A DNA stretch of 24,111 nt from Candidatus Zixiibacteriota bacterium (GTDB taxonomy: Bacteria > Zixibacteria > MSB-5A5 > GN15 > FEB-12): positions 1 to 24,111 of the forward strand of contig JBGSIV010000176.1 in the NCBI GenBank assembly GCA_041742355.1, read 5' to 3'. Numbering within the stretch: the stretch's first letter is position 1; each line of letters opens with the position of its first letter. Positions 1-8,622 of the stretch are shown here, piece after piece. A program made the position numbers and the translations under genes. Below the pieces are notes generated by a model. The model was not told the origin of the DNA. It was given only the letters and a program-made list of their open reading frames with translations, and made no database searches.

Positions 1-202
1 CTGCTATAGCTGTTTCGGACCGATGAACTCCCCTAATACATCATCGCTAGCAGCACAATTTGAAAAAATGGAAATTCCCAAAGATGAGATTGTCAGATTT
101 TTCCGGGGATTTAATGCCTTCTCGGAGCCGTTCCGCAAGGAGAGCGAAGCGCATGAAAAATTGAACCATCAAGGTGGATATGCTGGCCCGGGTGGAGGGT
201 GA
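1..202 (+). CDS. [NiFe]-hydrogenase small (delta) subunit, group 3b/sulfhydrogenase type, C-terminal fragment (5' partial)
   Basis: Frame from base 2 reads [53 protein letters not shown], matching the CxxCFGP...PN...F..FN....F tail of group 3b small subunits. As sequenced it runs on to TGA at 200-202; the natural stop would be 161-163 if base 162 were A. Not in the ORF track. Confidence 0.8.
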   Translation, partial: CYSCFGPMNSPNTSSLAAQFEKMEIPKDEIVRFFRGFNAFSEPFRKESEAHEKLNHQGGYAGPGGG

Positions 203-1442
203 AGGCGGGCTGACGGTCAAGATCAAGCACGACAAGGTGACCGAGGTCACGTTCGACATCTTCGAACCCCCGCGCTTCTTCGAGGCTTTCCTGCAGAAGC
301 GCCGCTTCACCGAAGCGCCTGATATCACCGCCCGCATCTGCGGGATCTGCCCGGTGGCCTACCAGATGTCCTCAGTGCAGGCGATGGAAGCGATCTGCGG
401 CGTGAAAGTGGACGGAGCGCTGCGCGACCTGCGCCGGCTGCTCTACCTCGGCGAGTGGATCGAGTCGCACGCGCTGCACGTCTACATGCTGCACGCGCCC
501 GATTTCCTCGGATACGAGAGCGCGATCCACATGGCGGCGGACTACCCCGATGTCGTCAAGCAGGCCCTCCGGCTCAAAAAGATCGGCAATGACCTGATGG
601 TGCTGCTGGGCGGCCGCGAGATTCACCCCATCAACGTCAAGGTGGGCGGTTTCTACAGCGTCCCGACCAAAAAGGCGCTCCAGGCCATGAAGCCGGATCT
701 CGAGTGGGCGCTGGAAGCCTCGCTGGACATGGTCAAGTTCGCGTCCGGGTTGACCTTCCCCGATTTTGAACAGGAATACGAGTTCATGGCGGTCAGCCAT
801 CCGGATGAATACGCCATCACGGAAGGGCGGATTGTGTCCGATCGCGGTCTGGACATCCCCTTCGACGACTTCTTCAAGCATGTCGAAGAGGAACACGTAC
901 CGCACTCGACCAGCCTGCACACGCGGATTATCGGGCGCGGAAAGTACCATGTCGGCCCGCTGGCCCGCTACAGCCTGAACTACGACAAGCTGCCGCCGAT
1001 CGCCCAGAAAGCGGCCAAAGAGGCCGGCCTGGGGAAAACGTGCAGCAATCCGTTCAAGAGCATAATCGTACGGAGCGTCGAAACGGTGTTCGCGTGCCAT
1101 GAGGCGCTGCGGATGATCGACCTGTACGAGCCGCCGAAAAAGCCGTCGCTCGAGGTCAAACCGAAAGCCGGCACGGCGGCGTGGGCGACCGAAGCGCCGC
1201 GCGGGATGCTCCTGCACCAGTACTCGATCGATGAGGCCGGACTGATCACGCTGGCGCGGATTGTGCCCCCGACAGCGCAGAACCAGAAGGTGATCGAGGA
1301 CGACCTGCTGCATTTCGTGGAGCGGAACCTGCACCTGTCGCCCGATCGGTTAACGTGGCAGTGCGAGCAGGTAGTCCGCAACTACGATCCGTGCATTTCC
1401 TGTTCGTGCCATTTTCTGAAGTTGCGCCTTGAACGAGAGTAA
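153..1442 (+). CDS. [NiFe]-hydrogenase large (alpha) subunit, group 3b type; in-frame TGA at codon 4 (162-164), so the open frame starts at GTG174/ATG180
   Basis: ARVEGEG, FFEAFL..R, L1 [36 protein letters not shown], and L2 [12 protein letters not shown] followed by a short cleavable tail. AAGGAG at 136-141 precedes ATG153, which reads [17 protein letters not shown]. Confidence 0.93.
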
Positions 1443-1930
1443 TGGGCGCAATGGCTTCTATTCCTCCCATACTTGTCATCGGACTGGGAAACGATTTCCG
1501 GTCCGATGACCGGGTGGGGCTTTTTGTTGCCCGCCAGATTCAAGCGGAGAAGAACCCGAAGGTCGATGTCCTGATCGGCGTCGGGGACGCTCTTGAACTG
1601 ATCGACCGCTGGAACGAAGCGGACCTGGTCATTCTTGTCGATTGTGCGGTCTCCGGCGGGGAAGCTGGGAAAACATACCGTTTTGACGCGCTGGCGGACC
1701 CGATACCGGAGGCTCTCTTCTCGCGGTACTCCAGTCATGCCTTCAGCGTAGTTGACGCCCTGGCGCTCGGCGGGGCGCTGGGCAAGGCGCCGTCGAAGCT
1801 GATCGTCTACGGGATCGAAGCGGCCGATTGCTCGCCCGGAACGGAAATGTCGCCCGCCGTGGCGGCAGCGGCGGAACGGGTGCTTGCGGCGGTCCGGGCG
1901 GAAATCGATGCGGCCCTTGGGGTGGGCTGA
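1442..1930 (+). CDS. Hydrogenase maturation endopeptidase (HycI/HyaD family)
   Basis: VIGLGNDFRSDDRVG, VILVDCA, SSHAFSV, LIVYGIE, MSPAV motifs. Start overlaps the large-subunit stop (TAATG). Confidence 0.93.
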   Translation: MGAMASIPPILVIGLGNDFRSDDRVGLFVARQIQAEKNPKVDVLIGVGDALELIDRWNEADLVILVDCAVSGGEAGKTYRFDALADPIPEALFSRYSSHAFSVVDALALGGALGKAPSKLIVYGIEAADCSPGTEMSPAVAAAAERVLAAVRAEIDAALGVG

Positions 1931-1993
1931 AAAATCTCACGAATAATGCACCTTCCGCGGCGTACTTTCGTTAGAACGTGTGGAGGTTGAACT

Positions 1994-2188
1994 ATGACTA
2001 CTTTTCTGTTGTGGTTGATTCTGCTGGTGGTGTTCTGGCCGCTGGCGATCCTGGCGCTGGTGTTGTATCCGATTGTCTGGCTCCTGATCCTGCCGTTCCG
2101 GATTGTGGGAATCGCGGTGGAGGGAGTGCTGGGGCTGATGAAATCGATCATCATGCTGCCCTCGCGGCTACTGGGGGAGCGGGGGTAG
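1994..2188 (+). CDS. Small hydrophobic membrane protein (64 aa), unknown function
   Basis: GGAGG at 1982-1986 before the ATG. Very hydrophobic, WPLA...YP..W...LPFR..G..V pattern. Confidence 0.75.
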   Translation: MTTFLLWLILLVVFWPLAILALVLYPIVWLLILPFRIVGIAVEGVLGLMKSIIMLPSRLLGERG

Positions 2189-2216
2189 GCTAGCCGGTCT
2201 GAAAGAGATGCTAATG

Positions 2217-2251
2217 AAAAACCGCCCGGCGGCGTGCCGGGCGGTTTTCTT
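2217..2251. terminator. Bidirectional intrinsic terminator
   Basis: AAAAACCGCCCGGC-ggcgt-GCCGGGCGGTTTTCTT between convergent genes. Confidence 0.85.
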
Positions 2252-2271
2252 GTGGGATATCGCGAGCGCGC

Positions 2272-5200
2272 CTACTGCAGGAGCAGCATCTTGCGCGTCT
2301 TGACAGTCTGGTCCCCGGCAGTCAGGCGGTAGAAGTAGATGCCCGAAGTAACCGGCTGGTTGGACTGGTCGCGGCCATTCCACGAGGTCTCGTGGAGGCC
2401 GGCGGCCACTGTCCCGGAAACGAGGGTGATCACCCGCTGGCCGAGAATGTTGTAGACGGCCAGGTCGATAGAAGCCGCTTCGGGCAGAGCGAAGCGAATG
2501 CTGGTCGACGGGTTGAACGGGTTCGGGAAGTTCTGGGACAGCTCGTACGTATCCGGCAGCCCGTCGCCGTTCGCATCGACGATGCCGAGCGGCGGGAAGA
2601 CGGTGACCTCGATCGTGTCGTAGGCCATCAGGAAGGTCTCGTCATTGATCCGGATGATGAGCAGGGAGGTCCCGGAGTAACCCGGCTCGGCCGACAACTC
2701 GAGAGTGCCGGGCACCGAGAGGAAATCAAAGAGCAACGAGTCGTTGGTTCGGGTAAACTGCACTCCCATCAGCGCATGCGGACAGTGGTCGTCGGTCACG
2801 TAGTCCCAGAGCTGAATGACCCGCGTGTCGTTGGCGTCGAAGCCCAGAGTGTCGGGCAGGCCGACGAACTGCGGCGGATCGTTCGGGGTCTCGGATACGG
2901 TGACCTCGATTGTGTCATAGGCCATGAGGAAGCCTTCATCGGTGACGCGGATGATGAGCGACGATGCTCCGCTATACCCCTCGGTGGCAGTAAGCGTCAA
3001 CTGGCCGGGTACGGACAGGAAGTCCAGGAGCAGCGAATCGTTGGAGCGCGTGAAGTTGACGCCCATCATGGCGTGCGGGGTCTGATCGTCCGTCACGTAA
3101 TCCCACAGCATGAGGGTGCAGGCCGAGTCGACATGGAAGCTGAGTGTCGCCGGCAACTCCACAAACTCCGGCGGTTCGTTGGGGGCGACTACCACGACGA
3201 TGATGGTGTCGTATGCCGAGTGCGCCTGCGGGTCATCGACACGGCACCTCAGTCCGCGGGTTCCGACGAACCCGGGAGCGGAGATGGCTATGACGCCCGT
3301 GGCAGGAGTGTAGTCATAGTAGAGCCCCGGGCCGTCGAGGCTGGTGAAGCTGAACGAGAGCAGGCTGTCCGCGGACTCAGGGTCGGACGCGTAGTCCCAC
3401 ATGTTCAGGCTGTGGGTCGAGTCGTTCGCGATGGTCAGCGTGTCCGGCAGGCCGGTGAAAGCCGGCGGTTCGTTCACCGGGGCGGTGATGTTGATGACGA
3501 TCGTGTCGAGATCGGCCTTGCTGCCCGTATCGGACACCTGCACGATCAGTGAGGCTTCTCCGGTGAAATCCGGATCAGCGGAAAGAATGAGCAGGCCGGT
3601 GCCGGTGGTGTAGCCGGTGGTTACCGAGTCGTTGGAGGAGGTGAACTGGTAGGTCAGTTCGTCATCGGCATTCTCGACGTCCGATGCGTAGGTCCACATG
3701 TTCAAAGACGGATGCTGGTTGTTGACGAACGACATCGTGTCGGGCAGGCCGGCAATCACCGGTGCGAAGTTGTAGTAAACATAGAAGAGGGTCGAGTCTT
3801 CGCCTGAGAGACCCTGCGGGTCGGCGGCGGACATGTGCAACCAGGCCAGCCCGTTGTATCCGACCACCGAAGAGACATTCAGAATCCCGATCGTAGAATC
3901 GAAATCGGTCACCAGAGAGTCGTTGGTCGTACTGAAGGTGTAGGTCAGCAGGGAATCGTGGCTCTGGCCATCGGAAACGTACCCCCAGATCGAGAGGTTG
4001 TACGACGAGTCGGCCCGGAAGCTGAGGCTGTCGAACACGCCCGCGAATACGGGTGCGGTATTGGCCTCGGTGACCGTGACGACGACCGTGTCGGCAACAA
4101 AGGCGCCGTGCATGTCTTCGGCGCGAAGGACGAGATTCACCACACCGGCGAAATGCGGGTCGGCATAGAGGTAGAGGAAGCCGGCCGGCGAGAAGTACCA
4201 GGTGAGTGAGTCGTTATCGGCCGAGAACGTGTAGGTCAGCGTCGAGTCATGCTGGTCCGGATCGTAGGTATAGTTCCAGATACCCAGCCAGGTGGTCGAA
4301 TCGTCGTTCTCGAAGCTCACCGTACCGGGCACCCCGGTGAAGGTGGGCGGATCGTTGTCGATGCCGGTGACGACGAGCCAGAGACAGCTGTCGGTGTAGC
4401 TGGTGTCGAAGACGATACCGTTGCAGGTGAGGTTCTCGACGTAGCTGAACTCCCCGGCATACGAGCCATAGTTGATGATCCGGAAGGAGTCGTTGACCGC
4501 CGGGAGATAACCGTCGATCAGCGCCAGCCGCAGCTCGCCATTCATGATAGCATGCATGGTGACGTTGAACTGATCGAACTCGGTGGTCGGTGTGGGACCG
4601 CCGATCTCGATCCACAGCTTGCCCGTCGCGCCCAGGTTGAAGCTGTTCGACTGCATGGTGAGGCGGCCGGGCAGATAACCCGGAGTGGGCAGGCCGGGGC
4701 TGATGTTGCCGTTGTTCGTGGTCGTGGCCGCGTAGACATCCAGCGAGCCGGTGCCTTTGATATGGCCGAGCGTCCCGTTGATGAAGTCGCCGCCGTCGAT
4801 ATGGAGGCGCTGCAGGTTCTGCAGCACGATACTGCCGTTGTTAGTTAGCGAGGGGGTTACCCCGGTCTGGATGAAATCGAGCTCGCCGCCAATCACATGG
4901 ATGCTGCCGCTATTGACGTGGTCGGCGCTGGCGCGGTCAAAGCTCAGGCCGATCGAGTTGACCGTGATCAAACCCTGGTTGCTGATCTGGGCGTTGAGCT
5001 GGCGGGTGCCGCCCGTGGAGCTGCCGGCGTCGGCAAAGACCATCCCGGTCGCGCCGTTGGTGAGCTGGGTGGCGTTCAGGATTGCCGTGGACGTTCCATT
5101 GGCCACATCACTGGTGAGGATGAGCACGCCGTGGTTGATGTGCGACCCGCCCACCGTGAGCGTCGCGGTCCCGGTGGCCGTACCGATGATGTACAGGGTG

Positions 5201-7149
5201 TCATTGATCCCGGAGGTCGTGAAGTTCGGCACGCTGTTGGTCCGCTCCACGTGCATGACGCCTTCGTTGAGCAAGCCGCAGGTAAGCGTGGCGGTAGTCA
5301 GGTTGAGGACTCCCTGGTTGGTCAGGAGGCCGGAACCGCTCACCGTGCAGGAGTATATTTCGAGTGTTCCGGTATTGTTGAAAGCCCCGTCAATCGAGTT
5401 CACCAGACCCATGAACCAGAGCTCGGCGTCGTTGGAGGACGAGCCGGTAACGCTGATCGTATCGTCGATCAGGTTAACGCGGCCGTCGCCGGTGATCGCC
5501 CCGGCCGACAGGGTGAAGTGGTGATCCTGATGGCTGACCAGCGCACCGCTGGCCACGTTCAGCGTTCCTTCATTGACCAAGTCGCCGGTCACCGTGAGGG
5601 TACCCGCCTGGACGTCAATCGTCCCGCTGTTGGTGTGCTGCTCGAGGTTGTCGACAATCGACATACTGGTCGCCACCTCGATGAGACCGTAGTTGCGCAC
5701 ACGCCCCTGAATATACCGGGTACCGGCCGCGCCGCCACTCCCGACCAGGGCCCGAATGACGCCGTCGGCCGCGTTGATAAGGCTGTCGGCGCTCACGCAG
5801 ACCAGATACGCACCATGGTTACCGGTCTGGGTTAGCTCGATCGTGCCGTGGTTGGTCAGCAGCGTGTTGAACGTGATGAAGCAGTCGTAGGTCGGGTCGG
5901 CCTGGGATACGATCTTCGAACCCACGCCGCTGGTATAGTCGCCGTTGATAGACACGGAAATGGTCGCCAGCATGACACCGTCGTTGACGATATCGGTGTT
6001 GACGGTTCCGGTCTGAAAGAGGAGCGAGTCATTGTTGTAAATGGTGCCGGTGCTGTCAATCGTGCCGTTGGACTGGTACATCGTCCCATTATTGGTCAGA
6101 TCGCCGACCAGGTAGAGATGGCTGATGCCGCCGACGGTAAACCGCCCTTCGTTGGTGAATGACGGCGTGAAGTACCCGTTGACGCTTGTGAAGGCCAGCG
6201 TCCCGTTGTTGGTTATCGTACCGCCCGCACTCCAAACGAAGTTGCCGGTCTGGAACTGAAAGGTCGCTCCCGGATAGGTCACGATCGACCCGGTATGGGC
6301 GAAAGCGACGACCGAGCCGGTCTGCGTGAAGTTGATCGTCCCGACCTCGGCGATATAGGAGCCGTCGTTTGTGTGCGACGCGTTCAGCTTGTTGATCGTG
6401 AAGCCGGTGCTGACCGCGTGGATAGTCCCGTGGTTGACGATCTGCGCCTTCAGCTCGCGGCTGGACGCCGTGTTAAAGCTGCTGCCCAGGAGAGCGCGGA
6501 TCTGGCCGCCGACCTCGTTGACGAGGTTCCCGTAGCCCACCTGCAGTATGCCGGTGGTCGTGGTGACGGGCCAGGAACTGGTCAGATCGATGGCCCCGGA
6601 GTTGGTCAGGCCGCTGTCGGCCGTCATGATGGCTGATCCCTGCGGGCTGCCCTCGATTGTCACCAGGCCGGCGACTCCATTGGTGAAAGCGCGGCGGAAA
6701 TTGCAGGTTCTCTCGACCATGATCGCACCGTTGTTGACCACCCGGTGGCCGATATCGGTGAAATCAAGGTCAATGGTACCGTCATTGGTGAGCTGGTAGT
6801 TGCCGCTCGTATGCAAGCCCGAAGTGGTCATCTCCAGGGTGGCGCCTTCATAGATGGTCACGTTCCCGTTGACCGTCAGCTCCCAGCTGATTGCTCGGAG
6901 CAAGGGTTGGTCGTAGCCGCTGCCAAGATGGAGCGAGGCCACCGTGGGGTTCATATCGAGGTAGACGGTATAGTCGCCGCCGACAATGTACACGTTGTCA
7001 CTCGCCCCGGGCACCGTTCCGGTGCTCCAGTTGGCCCCGTTATTCCAGTTGCCTCCAGCCACATTGGTAAATATGACGTCGGCGGCCTGCGCTCCCAGCG
7101 GCAACCCAAAGGCCGCAATCAAGAGCAGAGTCGCGGTAGCGATGCGCAT
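2272..7149 (-). CDS. Large secreted surface protein: signal peptide, NxG-rich beta-helix-like region, six tandem Ig/cadherin-like repeats, C-terminal T9SS-type/FlgD-Ig sorting domain
   Basis: Signal peptide ending GAQA, and AGGAG RBS. Many NxGxI/L turns. Repeats N.PP.F.GLP.TL.F..D....L.(L/M)WDY..D...NDSL...G.L.L.A..G..G...L.....D......DTI.VTV. C-terminus YELSQNFPNPFNPSTSIRFALP...VYNILGQRV..L...WNGRD...SGIYFYRL...TRKMLLLQ. Confidence 0.88.
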   Translation of the reverse strand: MRIATATLLLIAAFGLPLGAQAADVIFTNVAGGNWNNGANWSTGTVPGASDNVYIVGGDYTVYLDMNPTVASLHLGSGYDQPLLRAISWELTVNGNVTIYEGATLEMTTSGLHTSGNYQLTNDGTIDLDFTDIGHRVVNNGAIMVERTCNFRRAFTNGVAGLVTIEGSPQGSAIMTADSGLTNSGAIDLTSSWPVTTTTGILQVGYGNLVNEVGGQIRALLGSSFNTASSRELKAQIVNHGTIHAVSTGFTINKLNASHTNDGSYIAEVGTINFTQTGSVVAFAHTGSIVTYPGATFQFQTGNFVWSAGGTITNNGTLAFTSVNGYFTPSFTNEGRFTVGGISHLYLVGDLTNNGTMYQSNGTIDSTGTIYNNDSLLFQTGTVNTDIVNDGVMLATISVSINGDYTSGVGSKIVSQADPTYDCFITFNTLLTNHGTIELTQTGNHGAYLVCVSADSLINAADGVIRALVGSGGAAGTRYIQGRVRNYGLIEVATSMSIVDNLEQHTNSGTIDVQAGTLTVTGDLVNEGTLNVASGALVSHQDHHFTLSAGAITGDGRVNLIDDTISVTGSSSNDAELWFMGLVNSIDGAFNNTGTLEIYSCTVSGSGLLTNQGVLNLTTATLTCGLLNEGVMHVERTNSVPNFTTSGINDTLYIIGTATGTATLTVGGSHINHGVLILTSDVANGTSTAILNATQLTNGATGMVFADAGSSTGGTRQLNAQISNQGLITVNSIGLSFDRASADHVNSGSIHVIGGELDFIQTGVTPSLTNNGSIVLQNLQRLHIDGGDFINGTLGHIKGTGSLDVYAATTTNNGNISPGLPTPGYLPGRLTMQSNSFNLGATGKLWIEIGGPTPTTEFDQFNVTMHAIMNGELRLALIDGYLPAVNDSFRIINYGSYAGEFSYVENLTCNGIVFDTSYTDSCLWLVVTGIDNDPPTFTGVPGTVSFENDDSTTWLGIWNYTYDPDQHDSTLTYTFSADNDSLTWYFSPAGFLYLYADPHFAGVVNLVLRAEDMHGAFVADTVVVTVTEANTAPVFAGVFDSLSFRADSSYNLSIWGYVSDGQSHDSLLTYTFSTTNDSLVTDFDSTIGILNVSSVVGYNGLAWLHMSAADPQGLSGEDSTLFYVYYNFAPVIAGLPDTMSFVNNQHPSLNMWTYASDVENADDELTYQFTSSNDSVTTGYTTGTGLLILSADPDFTGEASLIVQVSDTGSKADLDTIVINITAPVNEPPAFTGLPDTLTIANDSTHSLNMWDYASDPESADSLLSFSFTSLDGPGLYYDYTPATGVIAISAPGFVGTRGLRCRVDDPQAHSAYDTIIVVVVAPNEPPEFVELPATLSFHVDSACTLMLWDYVTDDQTPHAMMGVNFTRSNDSLLLDFLSVPGQLTLTATEGYSGASSLIIRVTDEGFLMAYDTIEVTVSETPNDPPQFVGLPDTLGFDANDTRVIQLWDYVTDDHCPHALMGVQFTRTNDSLLFDFLSVPGTLELSAEPGYSGTSLLIIRINDETFLMAYDTIEVTVFPPLGIVDANGDGLPDTYELSQNFPNPFNPSTSIRFALPEAASIDLAVYNILGQRVITLVSGTVAAGLHETSWNGRDQSNQPVTSGIYFYRLTAGDQTVKTRKMLLLQ
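2596..4356 (-). repeat. Six ~95-99 aa tandem Ig-like domain repeats inside the surface protein
   Basis: Repeats start NDPP, NTAP, NFAP, NEPP, NEPP, NDPP. The last two are clearly similar at DNA level (2601-2662 vs 2898-2959, offset 297 nt). Confidence 0.85.
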
Positions 7150-7311
7150 GGTGAATCTCCTGTCATCTGTTTATGTGCCGTATATAGATACAATTATCGG
7201 CGATACAGGAATCTTCATTAACGGAGACAGGCCGATTCGGAGTCAGTGGGCGGATTTTGGGGAGTGGCCTACCCAGTTTCCGGGCGCTTCCGGGCCCCTG
7301 GGACGGGGAGG

Positions 7312-8574
7312 CTAGAGGGACTGCAAAAACGTGTGCAGATTGACGTCGGCGCCCGAGATGCCGAGCTTGCGCCGGATGACTTCGCGGTGTTTCTGCACGG
7401 TGGCCGGGGAGAGATTGAGACTCTCGGCGATCTCCTTGGTGGAGAGGCCGTGCTTGATCATGCGGCAGACCTCGAGCTCGCGGGAGGTGAGGCGGCCAGC
7501 TTTCTGCTGAAGCGACTGAACGAACGGGGCGGCGATATCGAGCATCTCCTGCCGGAGGAACTCGACGATGGCCTGGAGATTGGACGGAGCGCTGTCGTGG
7601 ATGCGACGGAGCGTGGGGAGGATACGCTGTTCGATGTTGTCGGCAATTTGCTGGCGGAGAGCGGCCTTCTCCGCCTCGATGTTACCGAGCACCTCCGACA
7701 GGGCGACGTTCTTCTTCTCGAGTTCGCGGGTGCGGAGGCGGAGCTCCTCGGTGAGGGCCAGGAGCTGGTCCTCGGCCTTCTTGCGTTCGGTGATGTCGAT
7801 GCCAATGGCGCCGATAAACGTGCGGCCGTCGGCCTGCGGCAGGGGAAACCGGACGGTGAGGTAGGTGCGTTCCTGACCCTGAAGGTTGACCGTTTCGGCC
7901 ACCTGGACTTCGCGCCGCTCGCGCACGACCGTTTCGTCGGCATCGCGGCTGGCATTGGCGAGACGCGGCGGGAGGAGGTCGTAGCCGGCCTTGCCGATCT
8001 CATAGCCGAGTTCCTGGAAGGTGGTGCGGAAGTAGTCGTTGACGAAGAGGAGGCGCCCGTGTTCGTCCATGAGGTAAGCGGCGCCAGGGAGGTGGTGCAT
8101 GAACATGCGGAACCGTCCCTCGATTTCACGGAGGGCCTGCTGAGTCTGGAGGCGTTCGCGGCGCATCTGGGCTTCCTGAAGCTCGCGGCGGATGGCCGGG
8201 ACCAGGCGCATGAGTTTGTCCTTCATGACGTAGTCCTGGACACCGGCTTTCATGGCTTCGACTGCGGTTTCTTCGCCGACGACTCCGGAGAGCATGATCA
8301 GGGGGGTATTCGGCTCAACCTCACGGGCCACCTTGACAGCGCCCAGGCCGCTGAACGCAGGAAGATGCCAGTCGGTCAGGATGACGTCGAAGGTTCCGCT
8401 GCTCAGGGCGGCGCGCATGTCGGCCTCAGTCTGGACACGGGTGATCTGGGGGTCGAAACCACCCTGTTTGAGCGCCCGGGCCATGAGGAGCGCATCGTTG
8501 TTGGAGTCCTCGATCAGGAGGACGCGCAGTACGTCGGCCACAGCAGGTTCCCTTTCGATCAGTACATCTGACAT
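7312..8574 (-). CDS. Response regulator: REC + PAS + coiled coil + LuxR-type HTH
   Basis: VLLIEDS, ILTDWHLP, MLSG..GEE.AVEAMKAGVQDYVMK (REC). PAS ending GIDITERK. LTSRELEVCRMIKHGLSTKEIAESLNLSPATVQKHREVIRRKLG (LuxR HTH). GGAG RBS favours ATG8574 over 8592. Confidence 0.92.
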   Translation of the reverse strand: MSDVLIEREPAVADVLRVLLIEDSNNDALLMARALKQGGFDPQITRVQTEADMRAALSSGTFDVILTDWHLPAFSGLGAVKVAREVEPNTPLIMLSGVVGEETAVEAMKAGVQDYVMKDKLMRLVPAIRRELQEAQMRRERLQTQQALREIEGRFRMFMHHLPGAAYLMDEHGRLLFVNDYFRTTFQELGYEIGKAGYDLLPPRLANASRDADETVVRERREVQVAETVNLQGQERTYLTVRFPLPQADGRTFIGAIGIDITERKKAEDQLLALTEELRLRTRELEKKNVALSEVLGNIEAEKAALRQQIADNIEQRILPTLRRIHDSAPSNLQAIVEFLRQEMLDIAAPFVQSLQQKAGRLTSRELEVCRMIKHGLSTKEIAESLNLSPATVQKHREVIRRKLGISGADVNLHTFLQSL

Positions 8575-8622
8575 CCGATTATACTCCCTCATTTTCTTTT
8601 GTCAACCCTTGCATCGGAATAA

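Noticed and set aside
162..164. In-frame TGA as selenocysteine or a recoded stop
   Set aside because: The position is not a Cys site, the L1/L2 ligands are plain Cys, and TGA is used as a normal stop elsewhere in the window. A single A>T change explains both overlapping frames.
1393..1413. CISCSCH as a heme-binding motif
   Set aside because: It is the Ni-binding L2 motif of a cytoplasmic hydrogenase and is not CxxCH.
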